Below, one piece after another: positions 22,460 to 34,700 of a stretch of DNA of 64,000 nucleotides. Position 1 is the stretch's first letter, and the number at the start of each line of letters is the position of its first letter. This stretch comes from Candidatus Poribacteria bacterium. Its GTDB lineage: Bacteria; Poribacteria; WGA-4E; PCPOR2b. The notes under the pieces were generated by a model. That model did no database searches. It was not told the origin of the DNA and worked only from the letters and a program-made list of their open reading frames with translations. The translations under genes and the position numbers were made by a program. The stretch spans positions 3,040,001 to 3,104,000 of the forward strand of contig OZ242351.1 in NCBI GenBank assembly GCA_965208675.1. The letters are read 5' to 3'.

Positions 22460-23920
22460 ATGCCGTTACACGAACTGGCAGCCCACGAACTTCACCAAAA
22501 ATTGAAAGCGCGCGAAATCACTTCGGTTGAACTTACGCAATCCGTTTACGACCGAATCAGCGCCGTCGAACAACGGGTACAAGGGTACATCACGTTAACG
22601 AAGGACATCGCTTTCGAGCAAGCCGAAGTTGCGGACGCGGGTTTCGAACGCGGGGAGGAAATGCAGCCCCTCGCAGGAATTCCAATCGCAGTCAAGGACG
22701 TAATCTGTACCAAAGACGTGTTGACAACCTGCGGCTCCAAGATTCTGCACAACTTCATTTCGCCCTACGACGCCACCGTTATGACTAAAATTCGTCATCA
22801 AGGATTTGTAATGATCGGCAAGACAAACATGGACGAATTTGCGATGGGGTCATCAACAGAGAATTCAGCGTTTAAAATTACTCGCAATCCCTGGAATCTG
22901 GATACCATCCCCGGTGGTTCAAGCGGCGGATCCGCAGCCGTGGTCGCCGCAGACGCTGCAATCTGCGCCCTCGGATCGGACACTGGCGGTTCAATTCGAC
23001 AACCCGCCGCGCTGTGCGGTGTCGTTGGAATGAAGCCGACTTACGGGCGTGTGTCACGGTATGGGCTTGTGGCGTTCGCGTCGTCTTTAGATCAGATTGG
23101 CCCCTTCTCCAAAGATGTGACCGATTGCGCTTTGATGCTCAACGCTATCTGTGGGCACGACCCCATGGATTCTACCTCCGTGAATCGTCCCGACACAGAC
23201 TTCACCCGGAGCCTAGTCAACGGCATCAGTGGAATCAAAATCGGCATCCCAAAGGAATATTTCATTGAAGGGTTAGATGCAGATGTGGAAGACAGGGTTC
23301 GGGGCGCAATTGAAGTGCTTCGTGGGTGCGGTGCAATCATCGAAGAGATTTCCTTACCCCACACCGAATATGCCATCGCAACATATTACATCATCGCTCC
23401 TGCTGAAGCCAGTGCCAATCTAGCGCGGTACGATGGCGTTCGATTCGGATTTCGTGCCAGTAACGCCGAAAACCTCATTGACATGTACAGAAAGACGCGG
23501 AGCCAAGGGTTCGGAGAAGAAGTTAAACGCCGAATCATGCTCGGTACTTACGCGCTCAGTTCGGGATACTATGATGCCTACTATCTAAAAGCACAAAAAG
23601 TACGGACACTGATTAAGTCCGATTTTGATAGTGCATTTGAAAAAGTTGATGTCATCGCCGCACCGACTTCACCAACACCGGCATTTAAGGTTGGTGAGCG
23701 GACAGACGATCCGTTACAGATGTACCTTTCAGACATTTTGACTACGCCGGCGAGTCTCGCGGGTATACCTGCAATCTCCATGCCGTGCGGTTTGACGCAT
23801 AGCGGGTTGCCTGTCGGCTTGCAAATTATCGCCCCGGCGTTTGAAGAGAACAAAATCCTGCAAGTGGCGTACACTTATGAACAACACACCGGCGGCCATC
23901 AAAAAAAGCCGAACTTTTGA
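22460..23920 (+). CDS. gatA: Asp/Glu-tRNA amidotransferase subunit A
   Basis: amidase signature [36 protein letters not shown]. Confidence 0.97.
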   Translation: MPLHELAAHELHQKLKAREITSVELTQSVYDRISAVEQRVQGYITLTKDIAFEQAEVADAGFERGEEMQPLAGIPIAVKDVICTKDVLTTCGSKILHNFISPYDATVMTKIRHQGFVMIGKTNMDEFAMGSSTENSAFKITRNPWNLDTIPGGSSGGSAAVVAADAAICALGSDTGGSIRQPAALCGVVGMKPTYGRVSRYGLVAFASSLDQIGPFSKDVTDCALMLNAICGHDPMDSTSVNRPDTDFTRSLVNGISGIKIGIPKEYFIEGLDADVEDRVRGAIEVLRGCGAIIEEISLPHTEYAIATYYIIAPAEASANLARYDGVRFGFRASNAENLIDMYRKTRSQGFGEEVKRRIMLGTYALSSGYYDAYYLKAQKVRTLIKSDFDSAFEKVDVIAAPTSPTPAFKVGERTDDPLQMYLSDILTTPASLAGIPAISMPCGLTHSGLPVGLQIIAPAFEENKILQVAYTYEQHTGGHQKKPNF

Positions 23921-23986
23921 TTCGCAGCGGATTCTAAACGGTAGTCGAGATCTCCGAATCGCGAAATCTTTAATGATAGGAGCAAT

Positions 23987-24496
23987 ATGAACAATCCGAA
24001 ACCGGCTAACCTTGTCTTTGTCCCTACAGGCGGACTAATCGGCGCCGTTGTCGGGGGAATGCTTTGGGCAAAGTATGTCCAGTGGACAGGCTACACAGCA
24101 GGCGGGGTCGCGTTCGCCATCGGCGTCTTCACTGGACTCGGCGTACTGTTGACAGGCAGATCTCGGCGGATAAGTGTCTGCTCAATCGCCTCGCTGTTTG
24201 CCGTCCTTGGTATCATTTTCGGTAAATACCTTGATGTCCGTTGGAACGCCCTCGAACGGATTAAAACTCAACTCATGGACACGCAGGGAATCTCCTCCAA
24301 TCAAGCTGAACCCATAGCGCAGACCATTTTCGCGGGGCATTCTACGTGGGAACTCATGCGGGACCAGATGCAGTGGATAGATTTAATCTTTTACGCCATT
24401 GCCGCCTTCATTGCGATTTATGTCGTTCGCAGCCGAGTCCTCCACCGAATTTTCTTCAAATCTAAACAATCAAACATAACACATCAAGACCCATAA
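23987..24496 (+). CDS. hypothetical membrane protein
   Basis: 169 aa, about 4 TM segments, AGGAG RBS. Confidence 0.75.
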   Translation: MNNPKPANLVFVPTGGLIGAVVGGMLWAKYVQWTGYTAGGVAFAIGVFTGLGVLLTGRSRRISVCSIASLFAVLGIIFGKYLDVRWNALERIKTQLMDTQGISSNQAEPIAQTIFAGHSTWELMRDQMQWIDLIFYAIAAFIAIYVVRSRVLHRIFFKSKQSNITHQDP

Positions 24497-24545
24497 CTTG
24501 AAACAAACTAACTGAATTCAATCAAAACCGCAATAGGTGAATATT

Positions 24546-25994
24546 ATGAAACCAAATCGACCCGTTCTAACAAGTTGGCTCGGTGGTGTTTTAATTTTGG
24601 GATGCATGCTATCCTTCATCCCGATAATGGTTATCGCACAGGATGAAGAGCCGGCCTCCGGAAATCCGCTCGAAGATGAACTTTTGGAACAAATTCAGCT
24701 TTTTTCTGAAATACTCGCCCGCACACAACAGGATCACCGAGACAATCCTGAAGCCAAGCAACTCATTTACGGTGCGATTCGTGGTATGCTGCGAACGCTA
24801 GACCCCTACAGCCAGTTCTTCGAACCAGAAAGTTTCGCTGAATTGCGCGAGGAAAACCGCGGAACTTATGGCGGTCTCGGCATGGCAATCGGCATTCGAG
24901 GCAATCGGTTGACGGTCATCACCCCCTTCAAGAACACGCCTGCCGGTCAGGCAGGCATTCAAAGCGGAGACGTCATCGAGGAAATCGAGGGAAAAGAGAC
25001 AGCGAATATGACTCTCGAAGAGGCTGTTAAACTCCTTCGAGGCGAGCCGGGGACGCAAGTGAAGGTCACAATTATCCGCGAGGGAGAACTCGAAAAGCTG
25101 GAAGTAACCATGACGCGGGATGTCATCCGTTTTCCCAACGTCGAATCCAAAACGCTCAAGGGGAATATCGGATATATCCGGATTAACCAATTCCGCCAAA
25201 CAACAGCCGCAGATGTTGATGATGTCTTTAAAACCTTCAACCAGCAAGATATTCGTGGAATTATTTTGGATTTAAGATCCAATCCCGGTGGAATTCTTCA
25301 GTCTGCCGTTGAAATTGCGAGTTGCTTTTTGGAGCCCGAGCAGTTAATCGTCTATACCCAAGGAAAACAGCCGAGGCAAAACTTCGTCGCCATCGAAGCG
25401 AAACTGCAGAAGCACTACCCGCTAGTGGTGCTTGTGAACTTCGGCAGCGCAAGCGGATCTGAGATTGTTGCGGCAGCCATAAAAGATCACGGGCGCGGCT
25501 TAGTCATGGGTCAAAAAACCTACGGTAAGGCTTCGGTGCAGCAAATATTTCCGCTCAGCGGCGGCGCCGCAGTCAAGTTAACTACAGCCCACTACTACAG
25601 CCCTAACGGTGTTGACATCCATGATGACGGTATCTCTCCCAACATCGAACTGCCGTGGTTTAACAGGCCTGAAGTCAAAATGTTACGAAAACTCAACACT
25701 AACGAGAAAATCAAGGCATACATTGAGAACAATGGTGATGACATCCTAAATCAGCTAGAAATAGCACGTGCAGCGCCGAGAAACGATGCTGAGGCACAGG
25801 CGCTTCTTAGAAAATTCCGGCAACTGGTGGATATGCTCGCAAATGAACAAATTATTTTGAGCGATGCAGGCATAAAGCTGGCAATTGCGCGTCAGACAGA
25901 AAACGATCTCGATCAGTACGAATTCGATCCTCAGATTTCCTTAGCTATCCAGCAGTTACAAGCCGGCGCACTTCTCCAAACAATGTACGAGTAA
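24546..25994 (+). CDS. S41 family carboxyl-terminal processing protease (PDZ)
   Basis: LDPYS, GLG, DLRSNPGG, SASGSEI, TYGKASVQ. Confidence 0.93.
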   Translation: MKPNRPVLTSWLGGVLILGCMLSFIPIMVIAQDEEPASGNPLEDELLEQIQLFSEILARTQQDHRDNPEAKQLIYGAIRGMLRTLDPYSQFFEPESFAELREENRGTYGGLGMAIGIRGNRLTVITPFKNTPAGQAGIQSGDVIEEIEGKETANMTLEEAVKLLRGEPGTQVKVTIIREGELEKLEVTMTRDVIRFPNVESKTLKGNIGYIRINQFRQTTAADVDDVFKTFNQQDIRGIILDLRSNPGGILQSAVEIASCFLEPEQLIVYTQGKQPRQNFVAIEAKLQKHYPLVVLVNFGSASGSEIVAAAIKDHGRGLVMGQKTYGKASVQQIFPLSGGAAVKLTTAHYYSPNGVDIHDDGISPNIELPWFNRPEVKMLRKLNTNEKIKAYIENNGDDILNQLEIARAAPRNDAEAQALLRKFRQLVDMLANEQIILSDAGIKLAIARQTENDLDQYEFDPQISLAIQQLQAGALLQTMYE

Positions 25995-26054
25995 AATCAA
26001 CGGCCCCCATTATGCGTACGATTAACCACTAAATCACAGTTCAGACAACAGATT

Positions 26055-26834
26055 ATGATTACCAAACGCATTATCCCCTGCCTTGATGTCCGTGCTGGCA
26101 AAGTGACAAAAGGAATCGCCTTTCGTGGAAACGTTGACATCGGAGATCCCGTCGAAATGGCGAGTTTCTATTATGAGTGCGGTGCGGATGAGCTTGTCTT
26201 TTACGACATTACCGCTAGCAACGAAAGACGTGATATCATGATCGATGTTGTATCGGCGGTAGCGCTGGAAATCTTCATCCCATTCTCCGTCGGCGGAGGG
26301 CTTCGCACCTTGGAGGATATGCGCCGTGTACTGCTCGCAGGCGCTGAAAAAGTCAGTATTGACTCTGGCGCAGTCAGAAACCCGGACCTAATCGCAGAGG
26401 GCGCGAAGGCATTTGGTAGCCAGTGTATCGTCCTAAGTATGCAGGTGAAGAGCGTGCCGAAAAGCCATTCTATCCCGAGCGGTTACGAGGTCTATATTGA
26501 TGGGGGGCGCCGTGCTACTGGTTTGGATGCACTGCAGTGGACGCAGTGCGGCGTCGAATTGGGAGCAGGTGAGGTTGTGGTTAACAGTATAGATCAAGAT
26601 GGAACTAAAGCCGGATACGAACTCAAGCTAACACAGTTAATCACAGATGCGGTGCCTGTGCCCGTGGTTGCATCGGGCGGCGCCGGAAACCCGCAACATC
26701 TTCGCGACGTGTTCGTCGAAAGCCGTGCCGACGCCGCCATTGTTGCCTCCATCACCCACTACGGCGAATTTTCGATTGAAAACATCAAACGGCACCTCAA
26801 AGCGCAAAACGTGCCCGTTCGCAACACATGGTAG
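26055..26834 (+). CDS. hisF: imidazole glycerol phosphate synthase subunit HisF
   Basis: [28 protein letters not shown]. Confidence 0.96.
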   Translation: MITKRIIPCLDVRAGKVTKGIAFRGNVDIGDPVEMASFYYECGADELVFYDITASNERRDIMIDVVSAVALEIFIPFSVGGGLRTLEDMRRVLLAGAEKVSIDSGAVRNPDLIAEGAKAFGSQCIVLSMQVKSVPKSHSIPSGYEVYIDGGRRATGLDALQWTQCGVELGAGEVVVNSIDQDGTKAGYELKLTQLITDAVPVPVVASGGAGNPQHLRDVFVESRADAAIVASITHYGEFSIENIKRHLKAQNVPVRNTW

Positions 26835-26997
26835 CCCGTCAACGCTAGTTTGGATATATTGACAACGGTTATTTCCCCTGTTAAAATCGGCATAGGAAGC
26901 ATGCGGTTGCCCCAACCTTTACGCATACGAACTTACAAGATGACCTATATGCACTTAGAATCTAGCATTGATGAACTTTACCAGGAGGTAACGAGTC

Positions 26998-28008
26998 ATG
27001 GAAATCCGGAAATCGTTCGCATGTGCAGTATGCGTCAGTCTTATTCTCTTGGCGGCCATCGCGGTGCCGAGAAGTGCCGCGGCGCAGGCACCCGATAATC
27101 CAACCATTGCGTTTACTGCCAACGCCGAAGGCGGTAATATCTGGCTGATGGATCCCGATGGGAAGAATCAGCGCCCAATTCTCGCGATCAAGGGAAACCC
27201 CGTACCCTTGGGTTTAGTGTGGTCACCGGACGGCAACAAGCTCGCCTTCCATACCGAAATCAGGAAGAACATTGATGTTTATTTAGCCGATGCTAACGGC
27301 GAGAATCTCCGCCAACTCACGAACCATGAGGCGGAGGATAGTTGGCCAAACTGGCACCCCGGCGGTCAAAAGATAGCGTTTGCCACCAATCGGGACGGAA
27401 ACTTTGAAATCTACGAGATGACTTCAAGAGGGGAAGTTCTGCAAAACATCACAAACGACGCTGTCTACGACAGTTATCCCGCATGGTCGCGTGACGGGCG
27501 GCATATTGCCTTCTCCTCCATTCGAGGGAAAACCCTCGGAGACATCTGGGTGATGGATGCAAGCGGCGAAAATCTTAAAAACCTCACAAATCATCGCGCC
27601 GAGGATTTCCGGCCGAGATGGTCTCCGGATAGTCAGAAGATAGCATGGCTTTCCCGCCGCACCGGTAGAGGCCATGTTTATGTGATGGACGCCGATGGCG
27701 AGAATTTTCTACAAATCGTAAAACCGCCTAGCTCCGAAAAGCGGGATCCCGAATGGTCTCCGGATGGTAAAAAAATTGCCTGCGTTCACTTCGCAGGAAA
27801 TATTGCAAGTATCCGAATTTTTGAGGCGGATGTGAAGGAACAAGACGCAGAGTTCGTCGAAATACTTCCGGCTATAGGCTTCCCGAACCGGGCGCCGGCG
27901 TGGTTCGACCCCGACTTTGTCAAGCCTTTCTCCGTTTCCCCCGCTGAAAAACGAAATCTCGCATGGGGTTGGCTCAAGCAGGCGGGAGACATGTTTTCCG
28001 ATAGATAG
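26998..28008 (+). CDS. secreted TolB-like (PD40 repeat) beta-propeller
   Basis: signal peptide, repeated WSPDG motifs, tail SVSPAEKRNLAWGWLK. Confidence 0.9.
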   Translation: MEIRKSFACAVCVSLILLAAIAVPRSAAAQAPDNPTIAFTANAEGGNIWLMDPDGKNQRPILAIKGNPVPLGLVWSPDGNKLAFHTEIRKNIDVYLADANGENLRQLTNHEAEDSWPNWHPGGQKIAFATNRDGNFEIYEMTSRGEVLQNITNDAVYDSYPAWSRDGRHIAFSSIRGKTLGDIWVMDASGENLKNLTNHRAEDFRPRWSPDSQKIAWLSRRTGRGHVYVMDADGENFLQIVKPPSSEKRDPEWSPDGKKIACVHFAGNIASIRIFEADVKEQDAEFVEILPAIGFPNRAPAWFDPDFVKPFSVSPAEKRNLAWGWLKQAGDMFSDR

Positions 28009-28263
28009 CGTCGGAAAATCAGAAGCTACGGGATTGACACTCGCTGCACCTCGTTGAATTGAGATATCCCAATCCTCGGATTGTTTCTTCGGTCAACAGA
28101 CTAAGACTTCAAGCCTATTCTTCGCCGCGGATGTAGTTATTGAAGTGCTTGTACCAACTGCCTCTATCCCACCAAGCCGCGAAGTTGACGATTGCCGATT
28201 GGCCCAAAAACGTCAATCCAAAACTGAGCAGTGCGCATGCCCCAATCCCGTGCCGGGTGATTT

Positions 28264-30186
28264 GTGAATCAAACCTCCACTATCAAAAACAGCGTGGCAA
28301 GCGGTGTTTCCCTCAAAGCGGTGTCGATTGGCATTTTGGTGATGGCAGTCAACGCCTATTGGATTTCGGTCAACGACCTCGTCATAGGGCCGGCGCACAA
28401 CTATATGTCGCTGTTCAGTAACGCCGTTTTTAGCCTCTTTGTGCTGATACTCGCCAATCTCCTCCTGAAGAAACTCTCGCCGAGATTCGCATTTACTGCC
28501 TCCGACCTATTGGTCATCTATATCATGGTTGTCATGGTAACCACCGTGTCCGGACACCGAATGACCCGGCTGCTAGGAATTCTCGTCCACCCCTTCTGGT
28601 TCGCCACACCGGAGAATGATTGGCGAAATCTTTTCTGGAGTCATATTCCCGAATGGTTCACGGTCGGGGACAAAACCGCCCTGTCCGGCTTTTTTCTCGG
28701 CGAGTCCTCATTCTTCACACGGAAGCACATTGCCGCTTGGCTTGGGCCTATGTTTTATTGGTCGGCTTTTATTTTTGTCGTCTACTTCGTCCTCATCTGC
28801 GTGAACACCATTGTCCAAAAACAGTTCACGGAGCATGAAAGGCTCACCTATCCGATTACTTGGCTGCCGCTGGAGATGGGGCGAGATACATCCACTTTCC
28901 TAAAGAATAAGTTGATGTGGATGGGCTTTGGCATTGCAGCCGGTATTAGTCTTCTCAACGGTCTGCACACCTTTTACCCGTTCGTTCCGCCTATCCCCGT
29001 AGGGTGGCAGCCGCTAGCCTTCGAGGATAAACCGTGGATATACATGGGCAGGACACTCGTATCCTTCCAACCATTCGTCATCGGACTCGCCTTTTTCATG
29101 CCGCTAGACCTCGCCTTTTCCGCATGGTTCTTCTACATCCTAAAAAAAATGACGCAAGTCTTGATGGGGGTATCGGGATGGCACACGCTTTACTTCGACG
29201 AACAAGCACAAGGGGCATGGGTCGGATTGGGTATCCTTGCACTCTGGATCGGCCGCAGACACCTCAAGTGGGTGTTTACGCAAGCCGTCACGGGCAAGCC
29301 GGCAACAGATGACCCCAGTGCGCCTATGCAGTATCGAACCGCCTGTTGGGGCATCATGGCTGGATTGCTCGTTCTAATCTGGTTCGCCTATAAATCCGGT
29401 CTTTCACTTTGGGCACTTCTGCTTTTTTGGGGAATTTACGGTTGCGGCGCCATTGGCGTGACGAAAATCAGGAGCGGATTGGGCTTGCCCGTTCATGAAA
29501 TGCTTTGGATTGATCCCGCCCGGACGATGGTGACAGCTATGGGAACTCGGGTATTTGCCCCGCGAAACTTGACGGTGCTCTCCTTCTTCTATTGGTTGAA
29601 TCGTGAACAGGTTGCCCATCCAATGCCAAATCAACTCGAAGCCTTTCGAATCGGCGAGCAGTCCAATATTGATAATCGAAAACTGTTGCGGGTGATAATT
29701 CTAACCCTTGCTGTTGGGATACCGGTGACCTTTGTGATATACCTCAGCTATCTGTATAAACTCGGTGCCGTCAGCTCAGGGTCGTACATCGTGGGGATAG
29801 GGAGGGAAAGCTTTACTTGGCGGCTTCAACCGTGGTTAAGTCTTCCAACGACACATGACTATTTTACGATGAGCGCCATGGGGCTCGGTTTTGGTATCAC
29901 CGGTTTTCTGTTAGCTATGAAGATGCGGTTTCTCTGGTGGCCCTTTCACCCGGTCGGCTACGTATTGGGGGTAAGTCCGGGCGAGATGGTCTATGTTTGG
30001 GTGCCTGTTCTTGTCAGTTGGGCGCTCAAGTTCGCCATCCTCCGCTACGGCGGGTTGAAAGCCTATCGCGGCGCCATCCCGTTTTTTGCCGGCTTGATAC
30101 TGGGCGACTACTCCATGGGCTGCATTTGGAGCATTATCAGCGCGGTATTCAAAATAAACACGTACAACATGGCATGGCACGGCTAA
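28264..30186 (+). CDS. DUF6785-like polytopic membrane protein
   Basis: paralog of 11263 and 53418 (ATPENDW, ERLTYPI, WWPFHPVGY). Confidence 0.8.
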   Translation: MNQTSTIKNSVASGVSLKAVSIGILVMAVNAYWISVNDLVIGPAHNYMSLFSNAVFSLFVLILANLLLKKLSPRFAFTASDLLVIYIMVVMVTTVSGHRMTRLLGILVHPFWFATPENDWRNLFWSHIPEWFTVGDKTALSGFFLGESSFFTRKHIAAWLGPMFYWSAFIFVVYFVLICVNTIVQKQFTEHERLTYPITWLPLEMGRDTSTFLKNKLMWMGFGIAAGISLLNGLHTFYPFVPPIPVGWQPLAFEDKPWIYMGRTLVSFQPFVIGLAFFMPLDLAFSAWFFYILKKMTQVLMGVSGWHTLYFDEQAQGAWVGLGILALWIGRRHLKWVFTQAVTGKPATDDPSAPMQYRTACWGIMAGLLVLIWFAYKSGLSLWALLLFWGIYGCGAIGVTKIRSGLGLPVHEMLWIDPARTMVTAMGTRVFAPRNLTVLSFFYWLNREQVAHPMPNQLEAFRIGEQSNIDNRKLLRVIILTLAVGIPVTFVIYLSYLYKLGAVSSGSYIVGIGRESFTWRLQPWLSLPTTHDYFTMSAMGLGFGITGFLLAMKMRFLWWPFHPVGYVLGVSPGEMVYVWVPVLVSWALKFAILRYGGLKAYRGAIPFFAGLILGDYSMGCIWSIISAVFKINTYNMAWHG

Positions 30187-30328
30187 TAAGCCAGACTTGC
30201 ACCGGCGCGCGGTAGGCAGCTAGATCACGCAGCAGAACAGTTCCACAGAAAAAGAGTTTCGGGTTGGAAAACCCGACTCACCGGCTCAAAATTTAAGCTA
30301 GCCGGATTAAACCTTTACTTGCCCGTGC

Positions 30329-31408
30329 TTAGACCGTTGGCAGTGCAGGTGCAACATGCTTCGCCAGCAATTCCATTGAGCGCATCCACTTGGCTTTGTC
30401 ATCCCAGTCATGCGCCATCATCAGGAGTGTGCCAAATCCACCGGTAACGTCCCACAAGTCATGCAGTTGCCGAATGCATTCGTCCACATCTCCGATGATG
30501 CAAAGGTGTTTTAGGACGTATTCCGGTGTCACCTCGTCATCGGGTATGTCCAAATCGTGCTTCATCAAGTTCAACACATTTCTCGCCCTTATAACTGAGA
30601 TGAGGTAGTCGAACGATCGGGCAAACGCGCCATTCAGCGCGTGATTCCAGGCATCTTCGGTCGATTCGCCAACGAAGATGCTGCGCGCTACACGCCAGAT
30701 GGATCGGCCAGGGGGCGGGCGGTCCGCCTCTTCAGCGCCGGCGCAGTACGTTCGCCAGTGCTCAGCGACCGTTGTCGCAGCAGGCACGATATTCGTGCTC
30801 AGGGGCATATAGCCGCGCTGGCCAGCCATACGGCACGCCAGCGACTCGCCTTGGGTTGCGCTCATCGCGAGCGGCGGATGCGGTTTCTGATAAGGTCTGA
30901 GCAATTCGCCTATCCCGCGCTCGGGAACAGGGTTTTCGATTTTGATATGCCAATATTGCCCCTTGAAGTCGAAGGGCGCTTCGGCTTGCCACAACTTGAG
31001 AATCATATCGATGCCTTCGACCGTCATCAGCCCCTGCGTCTTTCGGTCCGGCAGGTTGAACAATTCCGAATCGGTCGCTATCCCGGACTGGCCAAATCCG
31101 CAATTTATGCGGCCGCGAGACAGATGGTCGAGGAACGCGAGGCGGCCGGCGACGTTAACTGGATGATGGTGGGGAATTATCGATACGCCGGGGCCAAGGC
31201 GGATGTTCTTCGTGTGCGGCAGCACGTTGGCTATAAAAACATCGTTAGATGGGATGGGTTCCTAGGCAATCGTGTGATGTTGGCCGACCCACGCCTCCGT
31301 AAATCCAAGCTTGTCGGCATGAACAACCAACTCAATGTCTTCTTCGAAACATTGTGTACGGTCCTTCTCCGGCGGGTGTAATGGCATCATGAACAACCCC
31401 AATTTCAT
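30329..31408 (-). pseudogene. LLM-class flavin-dependent oxidoreductase with an in-frame amber codon
   Basis: GGAGG RBS, ATG 31408 MKLGLFMMPLHPP...WVGQHHTIA*EPIPS; TAG at 31262-31264, same frame as ORF 30329-31225. Confidence 0.85.
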
Positions 31409-31768
31409 CGTATAGCCTCCCCTTCAATACACGCTATTTCTCGCCGTTCCTTAGCAATCCGTGGAAAATCGTATTATCAACATACGAATAATATCATAAC
31501 CCAACAGTAAGTATCAATCACAATGATCGAGAGTTCTTGTAGGTTGGGTTACCCGCCATCGCCCGCCATCTTTCCAGCCTCCCCTCCTTCCAGGCATTTT
31601 TCTTGCCCGCTTCTAATATAGAAAGTCTCGGCCGCCATTTGCCTCCTAGATTCGGATGGCGGAAGTTGACACCGCCACCTCCTTTTGCTAGTATATGACT
31701 ACCGAACGCATTAAAATCACCGTGCACCGAAAAAACTGTGTGCCGTGCCGCTAACGACTGACAACCCT

Positions 31769-34700
31769 ATGGGTGCAGAGCTAGAAACAACCACCGAACA
31801 CTCCGAGAATTTCCTCTCACTGGACCTTGAAGTCGGTGTCAAAGACCGCCGTATCCACGCCTTCGCAGCAATACGCCCAGATAGGGCGCAGCCACTAACG
31901 CGCCGCCCGTCGAGCAACGGATTGGACGCTGCATTGGCAGAATTAGACGAATTTGCCGACGGCGTAGATTTCCTACTCGGCCACAATCTTATCGATTTCG
32001 ATTTGCCCCACCTGCGAGCCGCAAACCCCAACTTGCGGCTATTAAGCCTGCCCGCGGTAGATACGCTCCGACTTAATCCTCTCGCCTTCCCCCGCAATCC
32101 GTATCACCACTTGGTCAAGCATTACCAAGACGGACAGCTCAAACGAGGGCGCATCAACAACCCCGAAATGGATGCCAGACTTGCTATGGAGGTCTTCAGC
32201 GACCAGCGGATTGCGTTAAGCAATACATCGTCCAATCTGCTGACCGCTTGGCATTGGCTGACCACGACTGCTGACGGCGAAGGGTGTAACAAGATCTTCG
32301 ATTCTCTGCGAGGTTCGCGAAGGCCGACGGACGTTGAAGCCTTTGACGGCATAAACACAATTCTGAGTGGGAACGCGTGCCAAACGCACACCCGCGAGGC
32401 GATAGCAAATGCAGACCGGCACGCCTGGGAGTTGGCTTACGCCTTGGCGTGGATTCCGGTGTCCGGAGGCAATTCGGTCATGCCGCCTTGGGTACGGCAT
32501 CAATTTCCCGGAGCCGGACGTTTGGTGCGCCAACTGCGAGACACCCCCTGCGCCGCGGTCAACTGCAACTGGTGCCGGCAACGGCACAACGCCCGGAGTG
32601 AACTTAACCGATGGTTTCGCTTTGCCGAATTCCGGGAAAAGCCAGACGATGATGACGGCAATTCCATTCAGCAGTCCATCGTTGAAGCTGTAATGGCGCG
32701 GAAACATGTGCTGGGAATCTTGCCAACCGGCTCCGGCAAATCGCTCTGCTACCAACTGCCGGCAATTTCGCGCTACGACAAGACGGGCGCCCTGACGGTA
32801 GTAATCTCGCCGCTGGTCGCCCTCATGGCTGATCAGGTCGCCGGGCTTGAACGTAAGGGCATCGGTTGCTGCGTCACCGTCAACAGACTGCTGTCGATGC
32901 CCGAAAGGGCGGATGCCCTGGATCGAGTACGTTTGGGGGATGCGGGCATCGTCCTGATTGCGCCGGAGCAACTTCGCAGCATCCCCTTCCGCCGAGCGTT
33001 AGAACAGCGCGAAATCGGCGCCTGGGTGCTGGATGAAGCGCACTGTCTCTCGAAATGGGGGCACGACTTTCGCCCCGATTACCGGTACGTGGGCCGGTTC
33101 ATCCGGGAAACCGCGGGGGAGCAGCCCGTGCCGCCTGTGTTATGCCTGACCGCTACTGCCAAACCCGATGTGAAGGCGGAAATTATTGACTATTTTCTTG
33201 ACAAACTCGACATCGAGCTGAATGTCTTCGACGGCGGCGCCCAACGAAACAATCTGGAGTTTTTGGTCGTGCGGACGAGCGGCGGTGAGAAGTTCGCTCA
33301 TGTACATCGGATTATTGCAGAACATCTACCGGTACAAAAACCGGGCGGCGCCATCGTGTATTGCGCCACGCGGCGACAGACTGAAGAGGTTGCAAACTTC
33401 CTGCAGGCGAATGAGACGAAAGCCGATTACTACCATGCGGGCCTGCCGCCGGAGACCAAGAAACACGTCCAACAAAACTTCATCAGCGGCGAGTTGCGAG
33501 TCATCGCAGCCACCAACGCCTTCGGCATGGGAATCGATAAACCGGACGTGCGGCTGGTCGTCCATGCCGACATCCCCGGTTCCTTGGAGAATTACCTTCA
33601 GGAGGCGGGGCGCGCCGGTAGGGACCAGCAGCCGGCGCACTGCGTACTGCTATACACTCAGGATGATGTCGAGCGCCAGTTTGGCATGTCGGCTTATTCT
33701 CGGCTCACATGGCGAGAAATCAACGGCGTCCTGAGGGCACTGCGTAATCTCGACCGGAGAAATCGGTTGAGCGGCGAGGTGGTAGCCACCGCCGGCGAAA
33801 TCCTACGAGCGGACGAGGACAACGCCTTTGACCGGGATTCGGCAACCGACGACACCCGCGTGCGCACCGCGGTGGCGTGGCTGGAGGAGGCGGAGTTGTT
33901 GAGTCGAGAGGAGAACCGGGTGCAAGTGTTTCCGTCCTCGCTGCGCGTGAATTCAGTGGAGGAGGCGCGCGCCAGACTGGAACGAATGTGTCACAGAAAT
34001 GACTACCGTAAACAACTAATGAAAATTGTCGAGAAGCTAATTGACGCTGACCCGGACGAAGGCATTTCCACAGACGAATTGATGGCAGCTTCCGGTCTGA
34101 CGCCAGAGGGGGTGCGAGGCGCACTCGACGACCTGGAGCAGTTGGGTATCGCAAACAACGACACCGTGTTGACCGCTTTCGTCCACGTAGGAGGTAAACA
34201 CTCATCACAAGATCGGTACACAAAGGCAGCAGAGTTGGAGCGTGACCTGATTGCCCTCCTGCAGGAGCTGGCTCCCGATATGGAAAAGGAGGATACCTCC
34301 ATGTTGCATCTCCGCGACGTCAACCAACGGCTTAAAGACGACGGTCATACCTACGCCCTGCCTGAACGCCTGTGGCGAATCCTCCGAAGTATCGCCGCCG
34401 ACGGACGGGGCGAGGGAAGCGGCGGCGGAAGTCTAGCTGTTCGGAAGCTTGACCCGGAAACTGTACGGGTGACGCTGCTGCGCGAGTGGAATGTGTTAGC
34501 GGAGATCGCTACGTTGCGCCGCCAAGCCGCGGCATGCCTGCTCGAACATCTTCTTTCCAGCCTGCCGACCGGCAGCCGAGGCACGGACCTGCTCGCAGAG
34601 ACAACGGTGGGGAAATTGCTAGCGGCGATTAAGTCAGACCTTATTCTTAAGTCAGACCCTATTCTGGCGAACCGAGTGAAGCGCCCCGAAAAACTCATGG

